The notes under the pieces: model-generated
Databases searched by the model: none
Seen by the model: only the letters and a program-made list of their open reading frames with translations
What the model was told of the DNA's origin: nothing
Shown here: positions 39,922 to 53,749 of the stretch, piece after piece
Layout: every line of letters begins with the position of its first letter
Position numbering within the stretch: the first letter of the stretch is position 1
Assembly: GCA_951406725.2 (NCBI GenBank)
Contig: OX597830.1
Span: 5,828,001 to 5,892,000 of the forward strand
Source: Octopus vulgaris
Taxonomy: Eukaryota
Length of the DNA: 64,000 bases
Direction: 5' to 3'
Program-made: the position numbers and the translations under genes

Positions 39922-42176
39922 AAGAAGAAGATGATGAAGAAGAAGATGTAGGTGAAGAAGAAGAAGAAGAAGAAGAAGAAGAAGAAGAAGGTCATGGAAG
40001 GAAGGAAAAGATAAAAGAAAAGAAAAAGTAGCGGAACGATGATGATGATGTTCATCATCATCAGCATCATCATCATGATTGCCGAGGCGGTAGTGGTAGA
40101 GTTGAAAGCGAAAGAGATAAATTAGGTCATGCCTAAGAACAAAAGTGACAAGAGAATGAAAAGCGAAATAAAACAACACGAAAACCCACTCCCCCCCCCC
40201 CACCCCACCCGCCGCAGTGGTATTAGTTGTATTGAGAAATAGAAAGAAAACTAAAGAGAGTTTTCGATATAATCGAAAATAACAATCAGGTGGTCTCAAA
40301 CAGAACCCTGAATTGTGCGTTCGATTCCTAGTTTAAGCGCTTCCATTCGCATGCTGTGCATTCTTCTTACTTGAAAATTCGTTAAAAGATAACCTTCCTG
40401 TGGATGTACATCTCTAAAATATGTCTATTATTTTGGCATTTTCATTTCTGAGTGACTCTGATGTTGGTGTTATTCCATTAGTCCTTACTGTTGTTGTTGT
40501 TGCTGTTGTTTTAGGTCCAGGTCGTGCATGGTTAAAAAAAATCCGTATCCGAAAAGCATCCATATCTCCTGCATTCTTTAAAACGGTTGGCTATGGGTTG
40601 ATGAGATACGAACGCGCTTTCTGTGGAGACATCCTTTAATTGGATTATGTCTTCTTCATCAATAAAACGACAATCTAGATCCATCCCTCTGTCGCTGTCT
40701 CTTTCTCTTCCCTTCGTTCTCTCAGTGTCACTCCTCACTTTCTGACTGAAACAAGGGTTTATGGAACGTGGTGGTAGGGGTCACAAAGTGATCATTCAGC
40801 ATCACGCCGTAAAAGTGCGATTTGATAAGAAAAAACAAAACGATCCGACAAACAAAGGGTGGAAGGACACTTTCGATGTAAAAATTTTATTCAACATGAG
40901 ACAATAAATTCTAATCGGACTTAAAATTAGGATATGCTTTAGATTCATAAATGGAAATGAAAAAAAAAAAATCTCACAACTTCCTGCGCATCGGTATTTG
41001 TGAGTCAGGCACGGACGGAAGCTTGCTAATATGAGACGCAGCAGCGTTGGGTTCTCAACAAATTTCTCCAGAACAAGAGACCGCCAGTGTGTTTAGTTTG
41101 TGCCTGCATGCCACTCCCTCCCTCTCTCTCTATCTCTCTCTCTCTCTCTGCTCATGTTTGTGAATGAGAGATATATGTCACTAGAAGACTTGATTTTTCC
41201 TTAAGTTGTACTAGTGAACATTAAAGATGTAGGTCTCCGGCTGAACGTTGACATAATGCAGTTCCAGGTAGGAGTTTGACGAAATTCTGTTCGTTAATGT
41301 TGTTGCTATTCAACCAAATGTCAACAAATACGTCAACTAAGACACTCAATCCCGTCTTTATTTGGGATAAGACATGATGTATTTAGAAATATTATTTTCC
41401 GATGGGTACTTCACATTTTAAAGATAGTAAACTCGTGATTTGTAAGAGATTTTACGAATATATTGCTGTTCGAGCAGTCACATACAGACACTCTCCTTGA
41501 TATATTGAAACAAAATATTGTGAAAGCGTTAATAAACCAGTCTTAATTACAAAAATATTTTTGTTTTCTTCGGAAGATTAAAGGACAGATTGGAATCCCA
41601 TTATATAAGATGTTCATGATCATAATTAGAGATAGTAATTTTTCATAGTATTCAAGCAATTATCTTAATTAGAAAACGAATATATTTATTCATATGTATA
41701 TAAGCAATGAATATAATGGTATAGAACATAGAGACTTGATCATACTCAAAATTTATTTCCTCTTATTTTACGATTTTATACAGCATATTATTATGGTTAG
41801 CCGTGCCCTGGAACATAACTGAGGGTCACCACGATATCCACACGGATAACATATCCCTCCAAACTCAGATCATTAACGATGGTAGACGTAGTCCATCTTA
41901 GAGTAATTACGTCAATGTAGCATTAGAAAAATAGTGTTCTGATGTGATTTGTTTGAAATTGTGATCTCATGTTGCACATCCGAAACAGTCAAACTTTGTT
42001 CTGAGTTCAAATTCTGTTACGGTCGACTTTGCCTTCTATCCTTTCAGGGTTGATAAACTAAGTACCAGTGAAAACACTGGGACGATGCAATCGACTAGCC
42101 CCTCCATTCCAATTTTCAAGCCTGTGCCTATAGTAGATAGGATTATTTAAAGCACTATCCTTATATTGATTATACC

Positions 42177-42583
42177 CAGGAGTGGCTATGTGGTAAGTAG
42201 CTTGCTAAACAACCACATGGTTCCGGGTTCAGTCCCACTGCGTGGCATCTTGGGCAAGTGTCTTCTGCTATAGCCCCGGGCCGACCAATGCCTTGTGAGT
42301 GGATTTGGTAGACGGAAACTGAAAGAAGCCTGTCGTATATATGTATATATATATATATATAAGTGTGTGTGTATATGTTTGTGTGTCTGTGTTTGTCCCC
42401 CTAGCATTGCTTGACAACCGATGCTGGTGTGTTTACGTCCCCGTTACTTAGCGATTCGGCAAAATAGACCGAGAGAATAAGTACTGGGCTTACAAAGAAT
42501 AAGTCCCGGGGTCGATTTGCTCGACTAAAGGCGGTGCTTCAGCATGGCCGCAGTCAAATGACTGAAACAAGTAAAAGAGTAAA

Positions 42584-42586
<3 letters not shown>
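42177..42586 (+). mobile_element. SINE family B, near full length (decayed family A piece at about 41995-42145)
   Basis: High similarity to 11254-11648. Confidence 0.9.
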
Positions 42587-42631
<45 letters not shown>

Positions 42632-42772
42632 GTGTGTGTGTGTGTAATAAGTAACACACAAAATAAGTTCAACTTATTTTCGGGAATTGTCAAAGATATG
42701 CTTCAGTCTTTCTATATTTAAATAAAATAAGATAATGATGAATACACATGTACTTGTACAAAATGAACAATA

Positions 42773-42837
<65 letters not shown>

Positions 42838-42839
<2 letters not shown>

Positions 42840-43388
42840 ATGCCTTGATTCAGTGCCAGGCCGTGAGTCACATGGCTTCTGATCTTAACTGATTGGAAGT
42901 GTCCTTATGTATACTGTTTTGCCTTTGTTTGTACCCAGATGGGCTAAAACAAATATTCTGCTCAATACCACAGATTTACTTGTCAGTTGTTTGACCATAA
43001 CCAGTTGAGCATGTTCCTTAGTGGCTGACGATATGTGCATCTCTGATCACGAGCAGAAGTAGTGGGGGAGCATCATAGCCGTGTGTTGAGAGGAATTCTT
43101 GGAGGTTTGGTTAATTCACCTTTGGAAGCACTGGTGGTTCGTTCAACATCCTTAAACAATCCTTATTCAGTGACCTTTTGAGTGGGATGGGTTACTCGAT
43201 CAGAAGAAAATTCTAACTGGGCCCCATCTGCAAGATCATGTGCTGTTTATCTTGATATGAGATCACCATGTCGCGCACATATGGTTGTGTTGCATATGCC
43301 TGGTGTACCCTTATCAGACGGGTAGTCATGATGGGTATACTGGGTTTCGTATATTTTACCCCAGGGTCATTTTGATGGCATGCACTCA
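42838..43388. mobile_element. About 550-bp insertion within (AAT)n; probable non-autonomous (TAA)n-targeting retroelement
   Basis: GC-richer non-coding island with (AAT)n on both sides. Only one copy is present in this window. Confidence 0.5.
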
Positions 43389-43406
43389 ATAATAATAATT
43401 ATGATG

Positions 43407-43438
<32 letters not shown>

Positions 43439-43692
43439 GATGATTCGTTGTCGTCGACGACGGCAGTGAGAGTGACAATGAGCATGACAATAGTTTTTAG
43501 CATATGTACATGGCCAGATTATTTTGTTGGGGAGGTGTATTGATTAAATGATTATATCGAAATGCTTCTGCATTAACATTAATCTCATTTCGAAATGGCG
43601 TTAATGGATTTATTACACAATTCATAATCACACAATAAGTTAACTGTGATAATGGATTTTAATTTATTACATTAACTTAATATTATCACTTA

Positions 43693-43744
<52 letters not shown>

Positions 43745-43920
43745 GTTGTTGTTGTTGTTGTTGCTGTTGTTGTTGTTATCATAATCATGCCCATCATAAT
43801 TATTATCATCTGCTAATCGAATTCTACAACGCTAAACGTTATTGCTCCCAAACAATCACAACTTATGATGCCTAATAAAAATTATTCCCATTTATTATAG
43901 TTATCAATTTTATTGTCACA

Positions 43921-43981
<61 letters not shown>

Positions 43982-44599
43982 CATTATTATTATTATTACT
44001 ATTATTTTTAATTTTACAACTACTATCATTATTGTTGCTGTTGTTTTTGTTCCTCCCCCACGTCATCATCATTAGCCTCTTCTTTTTCTCCTTGTTGTCG
44101 TCATCCCCCTCCTCATCCTTCTTCGTCTTCTTCTTCCTATTCTTCTTCTCCTTTTTCACCTTCCTCTTCCTCCTCCTCTTCTTCTTCTTCTTCTTCTTCT
44201 TCTTCTTCTTCACCTCTATATAAAACATTATATTGCCTCCATTCTGTTTGCGTATCGTTTTTCCTTCATTCTCTTTACCTCTGCCTTTCGAAACTTCCCT
44301 CCACAATATCACTCGCGACGGCTCTTTCACCTCCCCATCTCACCCCCTTATCTCACATCCAGCATCATTCTTTACGCTCATTTCTTTCTTTCCACAACTT
44401 CCTCTTTCTTTCCCTTCTATCACAATTATTTATTCTTTAAAATTGCATCATTCACAGCAAACATTTATTTACTTTCTGGAATAAAATGTTTCCTCAATAT
44501 TGTCAAAATGAACATGGAATCGTAAAGGTAGAAGATTAAATGATATCTATATCAAAACAGAACATTACCGAAAATGTGAAAACGCACATTGGTAACAGC

Positions 44600-45173
44600 C
44601 AGAAGGCGCGAAATTTTTATGGAATGGAGGCCAGTCGATTAGCTCGACCCCAGGACGCAACTGGTACTTAATTTATCGACGAAGAAAGGATGAAAGGCAA
44701 AGTCGACCTCGGCGAAATTTGAACTCAGAACGTAACGGCAGATGAAATACCTATTTCTTTACAACCCACAAGGGGTTAAACAGAGAGAGGACAAAGAAGG
44801 ACAGACAAATGGATTAAGACGATTATATCGACCCCAATGCGTAACTGGTACTTATTTAATCCACCCCGAAATAATGAAAGGCAAAGTCGACCTCGGTGGA
44901 ATTTGAACTCAGAACGTAACAGCAGACGAATTACCTATTTCTATTTCTTTATTACCCACAAGGGGCCAAACACAGAAGGGAAAAACAAGGACAGACAAAT
45001 GGATTAAGTCGATTATATCGAACCCAGTGCGTAACTAGTATTTATTTAATCGACCCCGAATGGATGAAAAGCAAAAATCGACCTCGGCGGTATTTGAACT
45101 CAGAGCGCAGCGGCGGACGGAATACCGCAAAATATTTCGCCCGGCGTGCTAATGTTTCTGCCAGTTCGCCTCC
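44600..45173 (-). mobile_element. SINE family A, three units
   Basis: Reverse complement of family A. Confidence 0.9.
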
Positions 45174-45199
45174 TTTCAGTATTATATCTATAGTATAAT

Positions 45200-45490
45200 A
45201 CTATCAGTGGCCGACTGATGAAGTTTCCAGTTATTTCTTGCTGAACAACTGCACAGATGGTTCATTTGTAGCGATCGAATATTTCTGATGTACTTTACCG
45301 CAAGCCCCTGCATCAAATCGACATTACCTGTGCAGGTGCGCGGTGTACTACAACTCAGCTGTTGAAGTGAAAGTAAAGCAGTCTTAAATTAATTTTTTTT
45401 CCTGCGGAACGCAACATGCCGCCCGGTACAGTAATCGAAATCGCAATCTCACGATTGTCAGTGAAACACTCTTAGCACTAGGCCACGCAA
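45200..45490 (-). mobile_element. Decayed tRNA-derived SINE
   Basis: Minus strand 'gcgtggcctagtgctaagagtg...gatttcgattac..accgggc' resembles the A/B-box head of family C. Confidence 0.55.
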
Positions 45491-45660
45491 CATCAGTTTA
45501 CAGTAATGTAGGCATAATACAAATACTCAAATCTAGTACTAGTTATTTTAGTATTATATTTAGAGATAATAACACCAGTTACCAACAAACAAATATTTAT
45601 TTTAGCGCTGAGTGGAAACAATGATTTTTAAGTCTATAATACTATATTTCTGTAATACTA

Positions 45661-45692
<32 letters not shown>

Positions 45693-45713
45693 CTTCTTCT
45701 TCTTCTTCTTCTT

Positions 45714-45821
<108 letters not shown>

Positions 45822-48800
45822 TCGTTTGTCGTTATTGATTTTTCATCTGGAATTTTTTTCTTTAAAAAAAAAAAAGAAAACCTAGTTTGACAAAGTTATA
45901 TATTGATATTTATCTATGTTAATTTTTGTAGTTATAGATTTGATGTTTTAATATAATTTCCTGCAACAATTGTTTGCTTAGAAATAAGAAACCTTCTAAG
46001 ATGCATAATGGAAAAAAAAGGATGGTGGAGGAGGAGCAGAACAGAAGGGAAAGTTCGTGCACGCATCAATAGGCAAAGGAAATTGCTTTAAAAAATATTT
46101 AAATATAGAAAGAACGAAGAGAGACTGAGACAGCCATTCTGAGTAACGGGTCTAAAACCGGTCGATTTTATAGAATTTCCTCAAGAATACTTCAGTAAAT
46201 TCTTTAAAAGTTCTAAATAGTGAACACTGAATTAAATAGAAATGTTATTTTTCAGACACACGTGTCTGTATGTATGGTATATTTATATGCACATATTGGG
46301 AAGACACGTGGCTTTGGGGTTAGCGTGTTAGATACACGCTAATACGATTATGTGTTCGGTTCTAGGACAGGATAGTATGTAGCGTTCTTGAGCCATGCAT
46401 CCTAATTTATGCTACACCTGTCTACTCAGCTGCAAATGTGTACCTACCCACTGCTTGTGCAGTCCCCTCTCTTTTTTCTCTCCCTCTTTGTCTCTCTCAC
46501 TTGCTCTCTTCGTCTTTCGCTCCCTTTCTCTCTCTTCCTCTCTTGCGCCCTTATTCACCACCTCTCTCTCTATCCCCCTCTCTTTCTCGCTCTCGTTCTC
46601 TCCAGCTGTCTCATCCTATATGTTCTTCTGGGCTAAGGACGGGCAGGCTCAGAGGGCGCCGATGTCTGCTCCAGACTACACAGGCAACTAAAACAACCAG
46701 CACAAGCAAGATACACATAACCGAGTTCATACTCGCTCGCGAGTGACGGATAAAAACGTACGCATATATAAAGTCACATGCGTAGTGAGTGCGTATAGAT
46801 ATGTGTGTGCATGTGTAACTGTGAACTATGATGTAGATATGATAGGTGACACAGGCTAGGCCGTATGGTTAAGTTCGTTTCACATACCCGATGTGCCATG
46901 TTCAATCACAGGTTACGCACTATTTACAAGTGTCTTTTATCATAGCCGCAGGTCGAATAAGAAATTGTGGGTAAAATTGGAAAATGCCGGATATTGGGAA
47001 TACTCGCATATGAAGGTATGGCAACAGGTCAAGCCTTGACACGTAATATCTCGTTGATTCTGCCAGGGATTTGTGTCCCGTTAACAAATATCTGAATGTT
47101 AAGCAAACGCTTGTATAATTCAATGAATTGGAAGTTCCGGGCATCGAACAACTAGAATACTTACTGTTAACACTATCTGAAATGCATTCAACGTATAAGC
47201 GCGCAAAACATCTACTCACATTGGAGAGACAGCACGCATCATAGGGGAGTGTATAGGCGGTACACTGGCGGGAATTCAAAGAAGAGAAAGGCTCGTCAGT
47301 ACACTACCAACTTACTCAAACAGAACATAGCGGTTCGTTTAATAACATAGAGGTTAATTATTATCAGCGTATAAAAATGACGCGGCACTTAGAGAGATCA
47401 CAGAGGCTACACACATAGCAATAGACAGATGGAGCCTCAACAGAAAACACGAATACAACACCCACCACCACACCAAGCAACATCACGACTAAAGAGATGA
47501 GGGAGAAAATAAATAAGTAAACAGATGAAGTGTAATACACACACAGTGGACAAATATGCACAATGGATAAATATAAGAAATACAGATGAATAGATAAACA
47601 CAGAAAAATAACTGTATAAAGGGCATGGAAACAAACAACATAGTTAGCACCCCTCCACACACACACACAGACAGACACACAATAACTTCACAAACGTCAG
47701 CAACAACATCAACAACGCGACCAACAACGACAACAACAACTACCACAATAGCAGCAGCGTGGGTGAACACACAAACACAGAGGGATACAGGAACGGTACC
47801 AAAAGTCGGGGGCAACGGGAGAGGGGTCGTGGGTGAGGGGAGAGTCGTAGTGCTAAAATATTTACATCTATATATACACAAAGCTGCAGGTATATGAATA
47901 CAGTACGTATGTAATCATATCTGTGTGTGTGTATGTGTGTGTGTATCTGTGACAGATTGATTGATTGGTAATTACGATCAGAGCTAGGAGTTTTGAGGCT
48001 ACACTGTGTGACAAGAAGAGACAAGCAAAACAGTTCACAGATCCTTAGAGAAAGAAAGAGATATTTACTTGCTAAGCCCATTAACAAGTTAAACAATAAA
48101 GCACACGGATTGTACGGCACACCGATTGCTAAATTCAGAAATTTATTGAGAGCTACGGAGAAGGAAAGAAGCAACTTTAACATGTTGCCGTGAAGCATTT
48201 CTAGAGCAACAGAAAGAGATGTGACGAAAAAATACAAAATGGCCTTTAATATTGGCAGCATATCTAATTATAATTGTACTGGTTATGGCAATGGTGAGGC
48301 GGTGAAAAAGGGCAGGATACATTTCTAAAATTGGAAATAACTTATTTGATTGTCTCCCTTTAAAGGAAATTACCGTTCACTGCGAAATATATAATATCCG
48401 ATTATCAACCCAAAATAGCGAATAGTTCATATGATAATGATCAAAAATATTTAGGGAGTGGAATAAACGTTACATGAGATGAGATAAAAGAAAGGCGGAA
48501 TTTATTTTGGACATTTAATATACGGCACGTGACATTACAGCTTCCCTCTTAATGGAAGGACGCCATATTTGTTTTGTTCATATATTTAAATATAACGCTC
48601 GCTCAATCTTCCAATCGTGTTCTTCTTTGATAATTTTTTTCCTTCTTATTTATTTGTAGTTCTGCTTACTCCCCTTTCACACAACTGGATTTATTCCTAC
48701 GAAATTTCTTTTTTAAACAGCGTAACTTAACTTAGCAAGTTACACCACAATTATGACAATAGCGCAAACCCAAATTCTCAAGTCCATTCAAGATCAGTGA

Positions 48801-48857
48801 GTTTGTGTGCGTGTGTGTGTGTGTGTGTGCGCGCGTGTTTGCCTTAGTGTGTATGTG

Positions 48858-48901
<44 letters not shown>

Positions 48902-49259
48902 CTTGAATTCGGAAACTAAGCGTTTTTCTAGAGCAAAATTGTGATTTCAGTATTTGGCTCTTGGAGATATCGGAAAGGAACCGAGATTTAATACCGACCC
49001 AACTGGAATTGCTGAATACAAAACGAACGGAAGTAAAAATTGCTGGTTTCGTTCCCGATTGAACATAATTAGGTGTTTGGGGTTTGAGTACTACAACGTT
49101 TTACTCACGAAATAAAGACATATATTAATGAGATATCTGCATAAACGCCCACAAGAAATACTTCCGTGAGAAAGGGTGCGGCATACAAGTATGTATAAAT
49201 ACATGTATATATATATATATATATTTAGGTAGATAAATAGATAGTTACAAAGGCAGGCG

Positions 49260-49307
<48 letters not shown>

Positions 49308-49500
49308 CCTGTGTGTGTGTTTGTGGTTATGTTTTATATTGGAGATGTGCAAAAGTAAATATGCAAAGATTTTCGCTCGTCACATATATATATATATATA
49401 TGTATGTATGTGTGTGTGTGTGTGGAATCTTTATGTATGTGTATCACCTATATTTATATATATCAATTTACCCGTACGCACAAACACAGACACACATGTG

Positions 49501-49549
<49 letters not shown>

Positions 49550-49868
49550 TTATATATATATAACTTTATATGTATGTATTTATGTATGAATGAGGGGCTG
49601 TCTTTTGTGTGTGTGTGTGTGCGTGTGCCTGTATGTGGTGCACATATAATTACTTTAAGATTTCCCGATATATTCTTTTCAATGTTGTAATCGAGGATTT
49701 GATTAATGGCCCACATGACGTCACACGTTCCAACCTTGCAGCTTACAAGAGTCACTAATACATTATATGAGACCAGCAAACTCGTCATCAAAATATGAAT
49801 AGACACGAAAATAAAATGTATTTGCCTTACGTATGATGCACAGATGTTTATTTTTATCTAAAATTACA

Positions 49869-49910
<42 letters not shown>

Positions 49911-50040
49911 TGTTTTGCTAAATTTTTCTTGAGAACATTTGTTAGTGGTAAGACCATAGCGGATCTATTTCTAACATAAGGATGTCCACATAGTGTTTTC
50001 CCTCTAATATGTATATATATATTAACATATAATTGCCAAC

Positions 50041-50184
50041 CAAGTGTGGCATCCTATACAGGGGAGTGGGACTGACGTTTATAGCCCCAGGAAGACATCT
50101 TTTCCAACTGACTAACGACGTAAGAGATGTCTTCCTGGAGCTATAAACGTCAGTACCATTCCCCTGTATAGGACGCCACACTTG
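50041..50184. mobile_element. Palindromic MITE (about 60-bp TIRs)
   Basis: caagtgtggcatcctatacaggggagtgggactgacgtttatagccccaggaagacatct pairs with agatgtcttcctggagctataaacgtcagtaccattcccctgtataggacgccacacttg. Confidence 0.8.
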
Positions 50185-50414
50185 TCTCGCAAATAAGTGT
50201 TACGATTCTGTATTGCTACTCTTTTTATCTCGCCAGACATTTAATATATCTTATATATATATATATATTCAAAAGGCTGCCCCAGCATGAAAGTAGTGTA
50301 ATTCTTGAAACCAGTAAAACCATAAAAGCATATAAAACCGCACGTGGATTGTTGGTGATTTTTCCTTATTGTCCTTATTTGTACGTTCATTTTTCCGACG
50401 AAGATCTATGCTCA

Positions 50415-50792
50415 GGCGTCGGCGTGGTTGTGTGGTAAGTAGCTTGCTTACCAATCATATGGCTCCGGGTTCAGTCCCACTACGTGCCACCTTGGGCAAG
50501 TGTCTTCTACTATAGCCTCGGGCCGACCAAACCTTGTGAGTTGACTTGGCAGCCGGAAACTGAAAGAAGCCCGTCGTATATGTGTGTGCTTGTGTGTGTG
50601 TGTACGTATTTGTCACGGCACCATCGCTTGACAACCGATGCTGGTGTGTTTACGTACCCGTAACTTAGCGGTTCGGCAAAAGAGACCGATAGATTAAGTA
50701 CTACGCTTACAAAGCATAAGTCCGGGTTTCCAATTGTTCGACTAAAGGCAGTGCTCCAGCATGTCAAATGCCTGAACCAAATAAAAGAATAA
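50415..50792 (+). mobile_element. SINE family B
   Basis: Colinear with the other family B copies. Confidence 0.9.
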
Positions 50793-51326
50793 AACAACAG
50801 ATTCTCTCCTTTCACCGAGCGTCAAATTAATATATTTCTTGGACACGTCCTCACCTTCGTTTTTTTTTTCTTTCGTGTTCCTTCTGTTTTTTAATTGCGT
50901 GTTCTTTGAATTGACAATCCACTGCACGCTCAAACGGACCGGACTCGTCCTTCTGACTGTTTCGCAGTACCTGATTCACGGATTTCTCTCTATCATTGGG
51001 TTACGTCACCTTTTTCTTTCGGAGTACGCCATTTCTCCACCTTGGATTATATATAATATAGTGGTCTGAAGCAAGAGAAATATAATATTTTGCTCTGGGC
51101 ACAACGCGCTGCTGAGTATTGAGCTTATGATCGTACGACCTAAGCATAAACGTATGTGTATGTGTAAGTGTGCGTTCGTGTGTCTGTTTGTATGTGTATA
51201 CACGTTAAGCCACATTTAGCCTATATCACATATTCACCTTCATATTTGAGATATTTAGCAGACAGCAATAACAAAAGCGGAAGGAATAGGTTAGTGATGG
51301 CGTACACGTTACGTCTTTCTATTTAA

Positions 51327-51631
51327 CTAGCAGTATCACTCGCGTTGCTCGGGTTTGTAAGGGAAATAACTATATAAGCATTTTAGAGAGTTACTTCCCT
51401 TATATAACCCGAGCAAAAATCATTAAAAATGCGGGAAAATGAGGGTAATTTTTTTTTTTAATCGTAGACTCATCGTAGACGCGCGCTAATACCCAGAAGG
51501 GCTCGATATGAATGACGACTATAAGATACCCGCTTTTGGTTAAACTGCACCGCAAAATGTGGGAGTAGTTAGGAATCTAAATCGGAGGAGACAGAGTCTC
51601 ACACACACAACGTTAATTTTATATATAAAGA
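51327..51631 (-). mobile_element. Non-autonomous Helitron-like element
   Basis: Minus strand starts A|TCTTTATATATAAAA and ends cccgagcaacgcgag..CTAG|T (TC/CTAG ends, AT target, subterminal hairpin). Confidence 0.7.
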
Positions 51632-52106
51632 TTATTTCTCATCAAATGGCCGCCTCTGTCAACTACTTCACTGGCATACCGACATTGACATTATATTGTA
51701 AACGACCAGTAAAATGACGTTCGCTGTGACTAGAACTTGCACAGACACGTGATTGGTATATGCCTCGATGGTAGGTGATTATAAAGATAATTATCTTGCG
51801 TAACATATTTTGAATTCTTCAAGCATATTCCAACTTTTATCGCATAGACTATTTTGCAGCCCCGAGGTACTTTGTTTAGCATGTGTTTTCCGTTGAACTC
51901 TTTTAATGCGAGTATTCATATGCCACTGGTTTCGAAGAGTTGGTACGTGTTGCATATGACATATAAGGTACACATACATGTCTATATGTATACACACACA
52001 CACACGCACACACACACACATACATACATACATACATACATACATACATACATACATACATACATACATACATACATACATAGGTTTATGCTTAGATATG
52101 AACATG

Positions 52107-52600
52107 TACAAGGGGGTGCTGGATAGTTCCTGGCTTTGACTAAAAGAATATACAGGCAATCTAACGTGAACGTGACAGTAGGGGGTTACACCACCGCTGT
52201 TTAGCCCTAGGAAGAATCGACGCTTCCTGCTGGCTTCGACACATTTTTCCTGTGGCCTTATGTACATTTACGAAATGTCGATGCTTCCTAGGGTTATACA
52301 GCGGTGGTGTAACCCCCTACTGTCACGTTCACGTTAGATTGACAGTATACAACCATTCTATCGCCCCACCACCGTACATATCTCTATGAGAGATTTAGAA
52401 ATTTAATATCTCTGAATATACAGGCAGATTACTTAATTATGATTTTATTGAACACATTTCTCTCTCAGATTCACACACTTATTGCAGCGGTCCTTCGGTG
52501 TTTCTAAGCCCTAGAAAATAACTCGCTAGTTTGGGCTCCAGCCAGGTCATTCGCGACACACTTAAATCCCGGCACCATTCAGCACCACTTCGCATATAAA
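52107..52600 (-). mobile_element. Mariner 3' remnant interrupted by a MITE
   Basis: TIR-like 'tacaagggggtgctggatagttcctggcttt'. Minus frame [21 protein letters not shown] at about 52445-52510. Confidence 0.65.
52149..52349. mobile_element. MITE with about 70-bp TIRs and TA ends
   Basis: tatacaggcaatctaacgtgaacgtgacagtagggggttacaccaccgctgtttagccctaggaag pairs with cttcctagggttatacagcggtggtgtaaccccctactgtcacgttcacgttagattgacagtata. Confidence 0.9.
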
Positions 52601-52734
52601 ACTAAATACCTATATTCCAATGCGTTTGCGTGTATGCTTTTCATCGTAACGTTTGGCACTTCCTTTTCTTATTGTATTTCCCATTTCTTTTCATACGCAT
52701 CCTTAAACATTACTTTGGTCTATCCATTCATCCA

Positions 52735-52788
<54 letters not shown>

Positions 52789-52863
52789 CATACCTATACA
52801 TATAGATACCTACACACGCACAGATATATATAGGTATGTATATGTAGGCATGTATACAAGTAT

Positions 52864-52897
<34 letters not shown>

Positions 52898-52900
<3 letters not shown>

Positions 52901-53155
52901 TAAGAAAGTTTGTTTGGTAAAGCACGTGGGTGAATATATAAGAAAATAGTAAAGTGTGAAAAAACGACAGAAGGCTTAAATGTTAAAAAATATATATATT
53001 TGTGTCAAAATGTCTGGAGAATATTGGAAAATTTTTTTTTTTTTCCCTTTCCTTAAAATGACATAATTTTTAAATTTTTTAAAGAAATTACCGGTTTCGC
53101 GTGTAGCTTTTCAAATTTCTTGTGACGTTATGTTTATATTGCATGGAATTATCGT
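52898..53155 (-). mobile_element. Solo Penelope-like 3' terminal repeat in (TA)n
   Basis: Diverged homologue of 56172-56365 and 57590-57822. Confidence 0.8.
53082..53121 (-). ncRNA. Minimal type I hammerhead with U3-A8 variant core
   Basis: Reads AAGAAAU-UUGAAAA-GC UACAC GC-GAAA-CCGG-UA-AUUUCUU. Stem I is a perfect 7 bp, stem II is 2 bp, stem III is the palindrome ACCGGU. Confidence 0.7.
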
Positions 53156-53526
53156 TATATATATATAGATATGTATATATATATGTATATATATATTCAT
53201 ATGTATGTATATGCGCATGTGCCTATATACATACATGCATACATGTGTGTGCGTGCATGTGTGTGTGTGCGTATGTATGCTTGTGTATACATACTCACAC
53301 TACACATGGTGATTTTAGACCAAAGGGGGAGCGCAAGTTCCTTTGATCTCTACCGAGACTGATCTGCTAAGTCTTGAATGAGAAGTTCCACATATTTGGA
53401 ATGATGTTTGAGAAAGTAAGTCTTAGAGTAAGATGAAGCAAGAGGCAGGGTCGACGAGTGATGGGAATCTGTGGCTTATAGGATTGGGAGGAATTGTACG
53501 TCAGACTATTTTAATTGGAGAGAGTA

Positions 53527-53707
53527 GGCACAGGGGTGGCTGTGTGATAAGAAATCTGCTTCGCAACCACAGGGTTCCCGGCTCAGGCCCTCTGCCTGAC
53601 ACCTTCACCTAGTATCTTCTACTATCGTCTAAATCTAACCAAAAGCTTAAGAGTGGATTTGGTAGAGGGAAACTGAAAGAAACCCATCGTATATGTATAT
53701 ATAGATG

Positions 53708-53749
<42 letters not shown>

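Noticed and set aside
43444-43457. TTCGTTGTCGTCGA resembling the 5' part of miR-981 as I recall it
   Set aside because: It lies at the edge of a (GAT)n/(GTC)n tract, the match is partial and there is no precursor hairpin.
47740-48261. 173-aa minus-strand ORF
   Set aside because: It runs through microsatellite sequence with no domain signal or splice support.
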